Below, one piece after another: positions 38,810 to 48,127 of a stretch of DNA of 57,495 nt. Numbering within the stretch: the stretch's first letter is position 1; the number at the start of each line of letters is the position of its first letter. Under the pieces are notes generated by a model. It saw only the letters and a list, made by a program, of their open reading frames with translations. It made no database searches and was not told where the DNA came from. Origin of the DNA: an uncultured virus (IMG/VR IMGVR_UViG_3300032220_001739) (lineage: Duplodnaviria; Heunggongvirae; Uroviricota; Caudoviricetes). A program made the translations under genes and the position numbers. The DNA lies in IMG/VR virus record IMGVR_UViG_3300032220_001739. The stretch is one strand, 5' to 3'.

Positions 38810-39424
38810 ATGATAGAACAGAAAGAGAAGGTTGAGAAAAACATCCAAAAACTTGCAGGGAATTTCCTATTCGAGAAGAACGAGAAATCATTCAAAGAAC
38901 TTTTTGAGAGATTGAGACCCGGTGTATTGAATCACTGCTACGTTATTCTAAAAGACAGGGAATTAGCGGAGGATGCTTTCATTAACACAATGACCAAGAT
39001 CTGGACTAAAATAGATCAATATGACGATGAGAGAGGTAATTTCTCTACGTGGTGTTATAATATTGCACGTAATGAGAGCTTATTGCTAATTAAATCTAGG
39101 AACAAATACGTTTCACAGAATGAAAAGGAATTGGATTTTCATTCAATTAAGCACGATTCAATCATGGGCGAGCATTATGTTCTAGAAAATTCAATTGATT
39201 ATGCTTTTTTCAATGAAGAGAACACTGTTGATGCCGTATATGAGGCGGTCATAGACGAAATAAGAACATTACCTGAACTCTACCGAGACATTATGGTAGA
39301 CCGAGAGATAAATGGTATGAAATACAAGGACATAGCGATCAAATATGGTATCAAGAAAAGATCCATAGCTACGAGAATAAGAAGAGCAAGAGCTAAGATC
39401 AAGAAAAAAATGGGGAAACCTTAA
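38810..39424 (+). CDS. ECF-type sigma-70 family RNA polymerase sigma factor
   Basis: Region 2: AEDAFINTMTKIW...FSTWCYNIARN. Region 4 HTH: LPELYR...GMKYKDIA...SIATRIRRARAKI. Confidence 0.9.
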   Translation: MIEQKEKVEKNIQKLAGNFLFEKNEKSFKELFERLRPGVLNHCYVILKDRELAEDAFINTMTKIWTKIDQYDDERGNFSTWCYNIARNESLLLIKSRNKYVSQNEKELDFHSIKHDSIMGEHYVLENSIDYAFFNEENTVDAVYEAVIDEIRTLPELYRDIMVDREINGMKYKDIAIKYGIKKRSIATRIRRARAKIKKKMGKP

Positions 39425-39458
39425 TGGAATAATACGATATAAATTAAAAGTTAACATC

Positions 39459-39872
39459 ATGTTTGGAGCACTAAAGGAATTTTACATCTACCTTAAATAT
39501 CGTAAGATGGTCAAGAGCGAGGCTGCAAGCGATATAATTTGGACCAGAAGGGGACTTAGATACGATTGGCTTTGCCGAATTTATACCGTGGTTAATCTTC
39601 CACCGCAGGTGACATTATCCAAGGATTTGCCTCTGGAGTCTAGACCATCTTTTGTTTTTGAAACGATTAAACCTATTAATGAATATTTAGGAAAGGTTGG
39701 GCTGGAAGAGATGATATCTGTTTCACTTGATCCTATCCAGACAACTAACAATGAATCATACCTTGTCGTGTATTATTTTGTTTTCCGTAAGATGACTTGG
39801 TTTTGGTTTATTTTCTATTCCATACTTTTGCCCATTTCATCAATTTGGGCCACAATTCACTTTCTCTTTTAA
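39459..39872 (+). CDS. hypothetical protein with a C-terminal hydrophobic segment
   Basis: 137 aa ORF ending in WFWFIFYSILLPISSIWATIHFLF. Confidence 0.65.
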   Translation: MFGALKEFYIYLKYRKMVKSEAASDIIWTRRGLRYDWLCRIYTVVNLPPQVTLSKDLPLESRPSFVFETIKPINEYLGKVGLEEMISVSLDPIQTTNNESYLVVYYFVFRKMTWFWFIFYSILLPISSIWATIHFLF

Positions 39873-39883
39873 ATTATAATATC

Positions 39884-40690
39884 ATGAAAGAAATACTGCT
39901 AAAAGAGAAAGATGAAATAGAGAAGAGACTTAAAGTGTTTAATGATGCTAATTTTATTTTTGACGAGCCTTCACATACCTACACATACTCGGGTAAAAAA
40001 TTCGATTCAGTTACAACTTTCCTGAAGAATTTTAAAGAACCGTTCCAGAGGGACTATTGGGTAAGAGAAAAAGCAAGGCAGAGAGGGGTTGATCCATCTG
40101 TCATAGAGAACGAGTGGAAGGAAAAAGCTGACAAATCTACTGTTCTTGGTACAAACGTACATAAATGGATAGAGGATTTTTGGACTGGACTTAATCCAGA
40201 AATGCCTGAACCAGAGGAGGAGATGGAGAGAGTTTTGAAGTTTAAGGAATTGTACGAGCAAAAATTAAAAGATCTAGTTCCACTGCCTTCTGAGCTAAAA
40301 ATATTCTCTAAGAAATGGAGATTAGCTGGAACTATAGATCAGCCATTTCTAATGTGGGACGAGAAGAGAAATAAGATTTTAATTTTAATAGGCGACTGGA
40401 AAACAAACAAAGAATTTAAGCACGACGATCATCCAAAGGGAAGATATAAAAAATTGCTTAGACCTTTTCATACTCTTTACGAGAATCAGCATAATGAATA
40501 TTCTATACAGCTTTCCATGTATAGACTGATACTAGAGGAAGCTATTGGTTTGGAGACCGAAAGCGGATTCCTAGTTCATATAGGACCAGATGGACCCGCT
40601 AGAATATTCCCAGCGAGAGATCTTCGAGCTCCTCTTAGAGCCTACCTAGATCAAAATAGAGCAGAGTCTGATATCTTCGATATTGAATAA
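39884..40690 (+). CDS. PD-(D/E)xK family exonuclease
   Basis: HTYTY, SVTT, GTNVHKWIE, LAGTIDQ, IGDWKTN and QLSMY motifs. I prefer the ATG at 39884 over the TTG at 39797. Confidence 0.85.
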   Translation: MKEILLKEKDEIEKRLKVFNDANFIFDEPSHTYTYSGKKFDSVTTFLKNFKEPFQRDYWVREKARQRGVDPSVIENEWKEKADKSTVLGTNVHKWIEDFWTGLNPEMPEPEEEMERVLKFKELYEQKLKDLVPLPSELKIFSKKWRLAGTIDQPFLMWDEKRNKILILIGDWKTNKEFKHDDHPKGRYKKLLRPFHTLYENQHNEYSIQLSMYRLILEEAIGLETESGFLVHIGPDGPARIFPARDLRAPLRAYLDQNRAESDIFDIE

Positions 40691-40740
40691 AATAGTGAAA
40701 CTTATTACTAAAAAGAAGTATAAATTAAAAAAATAACAAA

Positions 40741-41277
40741 ATGGCTAGACAAAAGGAAAAAAACGAAGAATTGAATTTAGCATCCTCAGCTAATTTAGAT
40801 AGATTACCGGGTGAGATTGAAACTATGGAATTTGGGGGTATGCATATTTCGGTTGATGAAGAAAAAGTTCAAAGAATTGAAAAAGAACTAGAGGAAAAAA
40901 TAGAGGAGTCCAGAAAAAAAGTATATGCTGTTTCTATGGATACCGAAGCATTCCAAGCTTTTAAAAAATACATAACCGAGAGTGCTGAATGGAGCTCCAC
41001 CGAGTCTATTGGTATTGTAGAGATTAGCAAATCTATCTCTAAGATTGAAAAAGAAGGAATTAAAGACAACATGGTTTATATGAGCTCTTTGACTCTTGAG
41101 GCTAGTCACTATTTCATTTCTAAGTCAAGAGGTAAAGGACTAGATGAAGCAAAGAACTTCATTAAGCTATACAAGCCTATTGATATTGCATTAAATGATG
41201 TAAAAGAGGACAATAGAAATATCGAGGAGATTAGAAAAAGATTAAACGCAGCTCAACAAGGTATAGAGCTAGTGTAA
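40741..41277 (+). CDS. hypothetical protein
   Basis: 178 aa helical ORF with an A-rich upstream region and a terminator downstream. Confidence 0.7.
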   Translation: MARQKEKNEELNLASSANLDRLPGEIETMEFGGMHISVDEEKVQRIEKELEEKIEESRKKVYAVSMDTEAFQAFKKYITESAEWSSTESIGIVEISKSISKIEKEGIKDNMVYMSSLTLEASHYFISKSRGKGLDEAKNFIKLYKPIDIALNDVKEDNRNIEEIRKRLNAAQQGIELV

Positions 41278-41298
41278 TTAATTTTTAAATAGCATCTA

Positions 41299-41328
41299 AA
41301 AAAGCCGGGTTTCCGGCTTTTTCTTTTT
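41299..41328 (+). terminator. intrinsic terminator (potentially bidirectional)
   Basis: AAAAAGCCGG-gttt-CCGGCTTTTT perfect hairpin with a T tract. Confidence 0.85.
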
Positions 41329-41374
41329 CCAAAATAATATTAGATAAATACTTAGTGCTTTAAAACAATAAAAC

Positions 41375-41668
41375 ATGAAAACATTAGAAAAAATTAAGGA
41401 ATATTCCTGGGCTATTACTCTTTTCTTACTTTTAGTTGTATTTTTAAAACAATGTGGAGTAAACAGAGAGGTCGATAGAATAGACAAAGAGATTAAGAAA
41501 ATAACACAATCCACCGATTCTATACAAGAGTCGCTTATAACTAAGGATCAGATGGATAATGCTCTTAAGCAGAACATGTTCAATTTCCTTATCTACGAAG
41601 ACGATTTTGATAAAGGAAAAACTTCTTTGTCTGACATAAAATCAAAAATAGAAAACCCTAATAAGTAA
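41375..41668 (+). CDS. small membrane-anchored coiled-coil protein
   Basis: N-terminal hydrophobic WAITLFLLLVVFLKQC followed by a charged helix. Confidence 0.65.
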   Translation: MKTLEKIKEYSWAITLFLLLVVFLKQCGVNREVDRIDKEIKKITQSTDSIQESLITKDQMDNALKQNMFNFLIYEDDFDKGKTSLSDIKSKIENPNK

Positions 41669-41672
41669 TCGC

Positions 41673-42431
41673 ATGGAGAAAGGATGGCTAAAATACTTTA
41701 TAATAGGAACTTTCGTTTCCCTTTACCTTGTAGTGTCCGTAATCTCTACGATACACGTTATCCAATTCTTTGATCTTACGAATCCAAAGTGGCTTTCAGT
41801 GTCACTTGCTATAGCTTTTGAACTTGGTGCAGCTGCTTCCCTTGCTTCCCTTATAGCTCTAGATAAGATGAATAAATTCCTAGTTTGGATACTTTTTATA
41901 ACACTTACTGCTATGCAAGCTATGGGAAATACCTACTATGCATATACAAACATACAGGATTTTCAGGGATGGAGCGAGCTATTTGGCTTAATAGAAGAGG
42001 ATATTATATTTCAAAAACGTATATTATCGATAATCAGCGGTGCAATACTTCCTCTCGTAGCTCTGGGCTTTATAAAATCTCTAGTTGATTACATAAAGCC
42101 AGAGGATCCGGAGCAGATACTGAAACCTGACGTTATCGGGAAAGAAGATGATGCTTCACCTATGGTGGATCTAGAGATCGTGGCATCTAGCGATAAATCC
42201 AAGGTTCCTTTGGAAAATAATGTGGATGTTATAAGTATATCTGAGATGAAAGAGGAGGATCCTGCTATCCAAATTGAGGAATCTAGCGATTTACCAGATT
42301 TGCAGTATGTAAACGTTGGACAGGATCATCCTGAATCTAATAATCAGATTTTACCACAGACCTTCAACGAAATAACGAACGCTAACTCCAACAGGAAATC
42401 ATCGAAGCAAGGCGTTCCTCCTTTTGTATAA
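41673..42431 (+). CDS. multi-pass membrane protein with an acidic C-terminal tail
   Basis: About four hydrophobic segments in the first ~140 aa. Confidence 0.7.
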   Translation: MEKGWLKYFIIGTFVSLYLVVSVISTIHVIQFFDLTNPKWLSVSLAIAFELGAAASLASLIALDKMNKFLVWILFITLTAMQAMGNTYYAYTNIQDFQGWSELFGLIEEDIIFQKRILSIISGAILPLVALGFIKSLVDYIKPEDPEQILKPDVIGKEDDASPMVDLEIVASSDKSKVPLENNVDVISISEMKEEDPAIQIEESSDLPDLQYVNVGQDHPESNNQILPQTFNEITNANSNRKSSKQGVPPFV

Positions 42432-42452
42432 GGATAAATAAAAGAATAAGAA

Positions 42453-43142
42453 ATGGCAGATTACCCACAGATCCAACAGGAGTCAAATAACTTAAATTAC
42501 GACGGAGGAGGTAGTACAGGCGGTACATATACCCAAACTGTACAGGGTGGATCTAATAGTGCGCCAGTTTTCACACCTGGTGCTTGTACTTTTACTGCTA
42601 GATACACTAACGTTGCTCGAACAAGGGAAGCATTACCGCTGATAGATTGGACGTTTAAGTATAAGAACCAACCTGCTTTTTTTAAATACTTCAAGTCCTC
42701 TTTTAATGTGTGTTTGCAGTCAAATGTGATGGATACCCTGAGCTTAGCTTCTTTTTTCCATCCTTTTCTTTCTTTCTCTAGTTACCAAAAGCAAACATTT
42801 GTAATAGGCCCGAATACTTCAATCGATGTAGATACCGGTAATTTTGCCAACACATTAAACGAGGTTAGCTTTATATTGGCAAGAGCTTATTATCTGCCAA
42901 CACAAAAGGGAGCTGCTAGAGTATTATTTTGGGACTATGACGGAAACACTAGATACCCGATGGGTGAAATAATGGTTTTAACTGGCGCTGTAAAAGAGGA
43001 TCAGAATTGGAGGGGGTGGAATATAAGTTCTTTCTCTAATATAGGTCACACAGGTCCTGTATCCAATCCTAGTTTGGGTGGCATCACCTTTACAAACCCA
43101 ACCGAATCGCCAGTTAAACTGGTAGTAATAACAGCAAACTAA
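42453..43142 (+). CDS. hypothetical protein (paralogue of the next gene)
   Basis: Shares VSFI..A.Y, W.Y.GN, MGE..VL.G, GWN and GGIT..NP with 43144..43629. Confidence 0.7.
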   Translation: MADYPQIQQESNNLNYDGGGSTGGTYTQTVQGGSNSAPVFTPGACTFTARYTNVARTREALPLIDWTFKYKNQPAFFKYFKSSFNVCLQSNVMDTLSLASFFHPFLSFSSYQKQTFVIGPNTSIDVDTGNFANTLNEVSFILARAYYLPTQKGAARVLFWDYDGNTRYPMGEIMVLTGAVKEDQNWRGWNISSFSNIGHTGPVSNPSLGGITFTNPTESPVKLVVITAN

Positions 43143-43143
43143 T

Positions 43144-43629
43144 ATGGCAACAAGACCCGTTATATGTCCCTATATAGAACCAGAGGGATTGAAATTCGAA
43201 AGAACTAACCTGGTTATAGATTCAAACAGCATGATGAATCCTCAAATAGTGCTTATGTTAGAGGATTTGTTATTTGATGTTCCTGCATATTCAAAATCCA
43301 CAATAAATCTTAAAGCTGAATCCTGCGCACTGATAAGCCAATCGGACATAGCTGATCCTGGAGGGTACGTTAGCTTTATAGCTATTAAAGCAGTATACCC
43401 AGCTGGGACTTTAGAAAAAGACAAGTTCATTACATGGGAGTACAGGGGTAATGAATATTTTATGGGTGAACTTACTGTATTGAGCGGTGTTAATATTACA
43501 ACTTTTGATTCTGAGCAATATGGATGGAATCTGGCTAAACCTGGACCAGTATACCAGGACGGAGGTATAACGGTGTGTAATCCACACTTAGACAAAAGGG
43601 TAATTTTAGAGATATTGGTTTGCAGATAA
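43144..43629 (+). CDS. hypothetical protein (paralogue of the previous gene)
   Basis: Same shared motifs as the previous gene; 161 aa. Confidence 0.7.
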   Translation: MATRPVICPYIEPEGLKFERTNLVIDSNSMMNPQIVLMLEDLLFDVPAYSKSTINLKAESCALISQSDIADPGGYVSFIAIKAVYPAGTLEKDKFITWEYRGNEYFMGELTVLSGVNITTFDSEQYGWNLAKPGPVYQDGGITVCNPHLDKRVILEILVCR

Positions 43630-43630
43630 T

Positions 43631-43669
43631 GATATATAGACCAAAAAGTACTCTGAAAAAGATATATAG
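43631..43669 (+). promoter_or_regulatory. two tandem putative late promoters GATATATAG
   Basis: Copies at 43631 and 43661, upstream of the core-like gene. Confidence 0.6.
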
Positions 43670-43691
43670 AATACAAAAAAATTATTAACTC

Positions 43692-46373
43692 ATGGACTTC
43701 ATTAACAAAGTACAAAAATTAAAAGAAACTACTACCTCACCGGAGGTTAAATCTCTATGTGAGAACTTCTTAAACGAGGCATTAAATAAAAATACCCTTA
43801 TAGAGGGACTTAAAAATTCTAATGATGCTGAGGTTTCTGGTTTCTTAAGAGAAAATACATCAAACATCTGGAACGATTTCAGAAATCAAGAAATGGAAGC
43901 TTCCAAAAGAGCAGCTTCTTCACTTTTGGAATCTTGGAGCCAGAATACATCTAAAGGAGATAATTCTGGAACTTGGATTACGCCTTCTAAAGAAAAATCA
44001 GGTGATAAAGAGATGAGTTCTTTAAACGAGTCCCTTTCCCACATAAAAGGTGATAAATCTGTTAATTCTTTTTTAACCTCTGAGTCCATTAAAAATCTAG
44101 GTGTTCTTGAGTCTGTTAAGTCTCTTCTTAGTTCACCTGTTGCCGATCACATGAAGGCTAAGATCATGTTAGAGAATTATAAAAATATCCTTGTTAATAA
44201 GAATATACCAGAGTACGCAGTTATTGAAAATTTTGTTAATGATTTAAGCCAATTGACATGGGATGCTAAATCTAAGGAGGTCTTTGAATCACTTCTAGGT
44301 AAAGCTAATACTTACAACAGAGAGATATACGTTTCTAAAGTGATAGATTCTATTAAGGGATCTGGATCTAGAGAATTTTATTCTGATCTTTATGAGTGTT
44401 TAAATGAGTGGATGGTATCTAAAGACAAGTCAAACGGTCTACTAGTTAATCAAATCTCTAAATATTCTTTCAATCCTGTAGTTAAAAACCTTATAAACTA
44501 TTTGAATCTTAACGAAAGCCGAAAAGATTCAAGCAGACTTTCTATCCCTGAGACTAATCAAGGTGAATCGTATGTAGAGAGAGCTTATTCCGCAATGGCA
44601 ACTAACGAGGATCAAAATTTCGCATTTGGTCTTGGTGGATTCATTTTCGAAGCAACAGAGAATGGCGTACAGAGAATAGACGCTAAGACTGCAGCTTCGT
44701 CATACGGTAGTACATTTGTTAATCTATTGGGAATTACTTCTAGACCTGATGTTAAGATAAATGAAGCGGGTGTTCATTTCTCAATCGGCAAGAAAGTAGT
44801 TAGTATAACAGAAGGAACGGAGAATAGTCCTAATGTATTTGTTGGTAGAAATAAATTAGCTTTCTCTAATGTTAACGAAATGGCTAAGATAATAGGATTG
44901 GAAGTATCCTCTTATATGGGATATAACGATATGTCTCTTGTAAAAGATATAGCTACCGTTTATGAAAATTACAATTCTTTTGTAGAGCTTGATTTTGCTA
45001 AGTCTATCGTATCTAGAATTTACGAGGGACTTTCTGTTAATCTGTTCAAATGGAACGATAAGATCTACCTTCAAAGAATAAATGAAGCTATGAGAGAGAA
45101 TTCAATATTCTCTGTTAATAGCATGCAAGCTGTTAAGTTAGTAAAAGACACATTAAGATATGATATTTCTGAGGGTCTAAGCGAATTCTTGGTTGGCGAA
45201 TTAAGAACTAAATCGGTTCTTCTAAATGACAGATCTAGTCTTCTTGAAAACATACAAAATGTTGAGGAACAGTTGGCCAAAGTTCAATCCTTGATAGAGC
45301 ATCCTAACTACTCCCATTCGTCTGAGCTTAAAGAAGCAGAGAAAATGCTAAAAAGGGAATTGAAGGTTTTAAGAAATAAATGGACTAGCATCAACGAGGA
45401 GATTGAGAAAATTGAAAATGTTGATTTAGATCCTAGTATGTACCTTATAGAGGATGCTAAATTTAATATAGGAGACTATGTTAAAATAAAAGAATCCGGA
45501 GAAACTGGTAAAATCGTTTCAATAGACGGTACTTCGGGAAGATATACAATTTTAACCGATGCAGGTAGAACAGAGGATCATAGAGTAAATGATATTCAAG
45601 ATTTAGAGGAAGCTATGTCAGATGCAGCAGAAAAAAATGCTGAAAAGACAAGTGATTTCGATAAAGACTATTTCGACAATGATCCTGCTAGTGATATAGA
45701 AAGTGACGAGTCTGAAGAAGAGGATGGCACTGAGGAAGTAAAGGAATCAAATACTACTTTATCTAAAGCACCTACAAGAACTAAAAATGTTAAAGAAAAG
45801 CAAGCACAGCCAACATATGCTAAAGCTCCTAGGTCTAAAGATCAGGAGAAACCAATGGCTCACGACCTAAAGAATCCTAAAGCTGCCCATTATGCGGAAG
45901 GAATTAAAGGACAAAAGCCAACAGATTTCGATGTTGCTGGATATGCTATTGGTTATAATATCGACGAAGCTAGCGAAGTAAAGGACGGATCACAAGGATT
46001 AGCAGAAGCTCCTAATTTCGGTAAAATCGAGAGAATGCATGATAAAAATGCTTTAGCTGGTATGGCACAGAAACACGGATACGCGAAAGCTCCTGGTGGG
46101 AATGACAAAATAGATCTTTCATTGGATCTACTACACGGATATAGAAAGGTACAGGAAGGGGTAAAAGGCGATGTTGCTAAAACGGATCCAAATCTTGCTG
46201 TAGCACCTTCTTTTAAAGGTGAGGAGAAAAGCATCATGGCTCATGACATTAAAAACGAAAAGGCTTTTAATTTCGCTACCGCACCAAGCAAGCACAGAGA
46301 TGCTATAGACTTTGGAATAAATGACGAGATCGGTTATAACGTAGACGAATCTGAATTGCAAAAAAAAAAGTAA
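43692..46373 (+). CDS. large prohead core/scaffold-like internal head protein
   Basis: 893 aa with many L/I-x-E sites (LNEA, LIEG, LLES, LNES) like T4 gp21 protease sites, a coiled coil, an SH3/KOW-like FNIGDYVKIKESGETGKIVSID segment, and C-terminal xAKAP repeats. Two late motifs lie upstream. The function is inferred. Confidence 0.45.
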   Translation: MDFINKVQKLKETTTSPEVKSLCENFLNEALNKNTLIEGLKNSNDAEVSGFLRENTSNIWNDFRNQEMEASKRAASSLLESWSQNTSKGDNSGTWITPSKEKSGDKEMSSLNESLSHIKGDKSVNSFLTSESIKNLGVLESVKSLLSSPVADHMKAKIMLENYKNILVNKNIPEYAVIENFVNDLSQLTWDAKSKEVFESLLGKANTYNREIYVSKVIDSIKGSGSREFYSDLYECLNEWMVSKDKSNGLLVNQISKYSFNPVVKNLINYLNLNESRKDSSRLSIPETNQGESYVERAYSAMATNEDQNFAFGLGGFIFEATENGVQRIDAKTAASSYGSTFVNLLGITSRPDVKINEAGVHFSIGKKVVSITEGTENSPNVFVGRNKLAFSNVNEMAKIIGLEVSSYMGYNDMSLVKDIATVYENYNSFVELDFAKSIVSRIYEGLSVNLFKWNDKIYLQRINEAMRENSIFSVNSMQAVKLVKDTLRYDISEGLSEFLVGELRTKSVLLNDRSSLLENIQNVEEQLAKVQSLIEHPNYSHSSELKEAEKMLKRELKVLRNKWTSINEEIEKIENVDLDPSMYLIEDAKFNIGDYVKIKESGETGKIVSIDGTSGRYTILTDAGRTEDHRVNDIQDLEEAMSDAAEKNAEKTSDFDKDYFDNDPASDIESDESEEEDGTEEVKESNTTLSKAPTRTKNVKEKQAQPTYAKAPRSKDQEKPMAHDLKNPKAAHYAEGIKGQKPTDFDVAGYAIGYNIDEASEVKDGSQGLAEAPNFGKIERMHDKNALAGMAQKHGYAKAPGGNDKIDLSLDLLHGYRKVQEGVKGDVAKTDPNLAVAPSFKGEEKSIMAHDIKNEKAFNFATAPSKHRDAIDFGINDEIGYNVDESELQKKK

Positions 46374-46579
46374 GTCGTAACTATTATTTTGCTCCTGAGA
46401 ACCCAGAACAAAATAAATCAGGTAAGCCTTTCGTAGATTCCCTAAAGGGAAAGTTCGCAAAGGCTCCGACTAAGCCGATAAACAAACACGTAGAGGACAG
46501 CGAGGAAGACGAGGCCGAAACAAACAAGTAAAAGCTTAATATAAAGATAAATTCTAAAATTTAAGCACAGAGATAAAAT

Positions 46580-46615
46580 ATCCCCTGTTTCTAATAAGAA
46601 TGGGGGATTTTTTTT
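46580..46615 (+). terminator. intrinsic terminator
   Basis: ATCCCCTG...TGGGGGAT imperfect hairpin followed by a T tract. Confidence 0.65.
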
Positions 46616-46636
46616 GCATATAAAAAACCCCACAGA

Positions 46637-46996
46637 ATGGCAAAAGTTTATGTTAAAAACAGTGAGCTCCTTAGAGCTGTATCCGAATCTAAAGAGAAGG
46701 GTCAGCTAACAAGAGAGACGATCGATATGTTTACCCTCATGATAGAAGGTATTTCTAAGAAGATGGCTTACAAGGATCCTGACGATAAGGACGATTGTAT
46801 GGCTTTTGCCATGGAGGATCTTTGCAAATATTGGAATAGATTTGACCCTGCTAAATCTAATAATCCATTTGCCTACTTTACGCAGGTTGCAAAGAATGGA
46901 TTTGCTAAGGGATGGAAGAAATTACACCCACCAAAGAATCCCAAAACTATACCCTTCAGTTATATAACAGGAGAGGATAATAGTTACAACGTTTAA
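46637..46996 (+). CDS. gp55: T4 gp55-like late transcription sigma factor
   Basis: YVKNSELL and DDCMAFAMEDLCKYWNRFDPAKSNNPFAYFTQVAKNGF carry the gp55 signature FDP.KS.NPFAYFTQ. Confidence 0.85.
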   Translation: MAKVYVKNSELLRAVSESKEKGQLTRETIDMFTLMIEGISKKMAYKDPDDKDDCMAFAMEDLCKYWNRFDPAKSNNPFAYFTQVAKNGFAKGWKKLHPPKNPKTIPFSYITGEDNSYNV

Positions 46997-46997
46997 T

Positions 46998-47483
46998 ATG
47001 TCCATAAAAAAGGTTAAACCTAACGGAAAACACAAACATGGGCTTTATAGTCCACAGAATCCCGATAAGTACATAGGTGATATACATAATATCATTTATA
47101 GATCTTCGTGGGAGCAGAGATTCTGTGCATATTGCGATAGAAACGAAAGGATAGTTAAATGGAGCTCTGAACCTCTTTTTATAGATTACTGGAATCCATT
47201 AGATAAGAAAATGCACAAATACTATGTGGATTTTTACATAAAGACTCTAAAAGAAGACGACACCTATCAGGAGTGGATAATAGAGGTTAAGCCAGAGTCA
47301 CAAACTCAAAAGCCGATATACGAGGGTAAAAATATGACTCTTAAAAAACTGGAGAGTTATAACTATAATATGAAAATATGGATAACAAATCAGGCAAAAT
47401 TTAAAGCTGCTAAAGAATGGGCTATCCAAAGAGGTTTTAGATTTGGTGTAGTTGACGAGAAATTTCTTTTTAATAGTAAATGA
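46998..47483 (+). CDS. gp4: T4 gp4-like head completion nuclease (TnsA-like fold)
   Basis: NPDKYIGD..IIYRSSWE..FC.YCD.N..I.KWSSE...YYVDF...IEVKP...NQAKFKAA. Confidence 0.88.
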   Translation: MSIKKVKPNGKHKHGLYSPQNPDKYIGDIHNIIYRSSWEQRFCAYCDRNERIVKWSSEPLFIDYWNPLDKKMHKYYVDFYIKTLKEDDTYQEWIIEVKPESQTQKPIYEGKNMTLKKLESYNYNMKIWITNQAKFKAAKEWAIQRGFRFGVVDEKFLFNSK

Positions 47484-48124
47484 GTTTTTCTGAAAAAATA
47501 AAATCATACAAGGACGGATTCATATCCCAATCTGAGGTTGTTTCTAAAACTGACGAGTATTTTATAAGCTCCTATATAAAGTTATCGAACAGGGATTTTC
47601 GACCTGAAAAGTTCGACGGCCAATTTCTTCCTGGTAAGATCTATATTTTTAGATATAATCCTAAGCAGAAACCCGATGACGGTAAAAAAAAGGAGAAGGA
47701 GTTCATAAACAGACTGCCGATAGTTTTAGCTTTTGATGTTAAGAAATCAAAAGATCTAAACAACATCCTATATGGATCGGATTTAATAGCTACCCCACCT
47801 GACGAAAGAGTTAAGATATTGGAGAGGGTCTATGATTTTTCAGAGAGCATAATAGATTCTAATAAAAAATCGGGAAGCCAATCTCCCGTGAACCTAAGTG
47901 GTGATAATGTAAAGTCTTTATTGAAAGGTACTGGATATATTGGAAGCACTAAAGGATTCGATATTTCATCAATGTCCGAAGTCTATGTTATAGGCTATGA
48001 TGATTGGAAAAAAATACCATATCTTAGTGTAGCCCTTCTTCAAGGGTCTTCTCCGATTGAGATATATAATTCCTATAGATCGAAATTAAAAGATAATTCT
48101 GGTCTAGAAAATAAAAATAAGTAG
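47480..48124 (+). CDS. T4 gp2-like DNA end protector
   Basis: PGKIYIFRYNPK...NRLPIVL motif, and position directly after gp4 as in T4-like phages. Confidence 0.55.
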   Translation: MSFSEKIKSYKDGFISQSEVVSKTDEYFISSYIKLSNRDFRPEKFDGQFLPGKIYIFRYNPKQKPDDGKKKEKEFINRLPIVLAFDVKKSKDLNNILYGSDLIATPPDERVKILERVYDFSESIIDSNKKSGSQSPVNLSGDNVKSLLKGTGYIGSTKGFDISSMSEVYVIGYDDWKKIPYLSVALLQGSSPIEIYNSYRSKLKDNSGLENKNK

Positions 48125-48127
48125 TGA

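Noticed and set aside
39884..40690. Cas4 / CRISPR-associated function
   Set aside because: It lacks the four-Cys Fe-S cluster motif, and no array or cas genes are nearby. It is a generic PD-(D/E)xK nuclease.
46998..47483. Tn7 TnsA transposase
   Set aside because: It has a TnsA-like fold, but the motifs and gp2 adjacency identify T4 gp4. No other transposition genes or ends are present.
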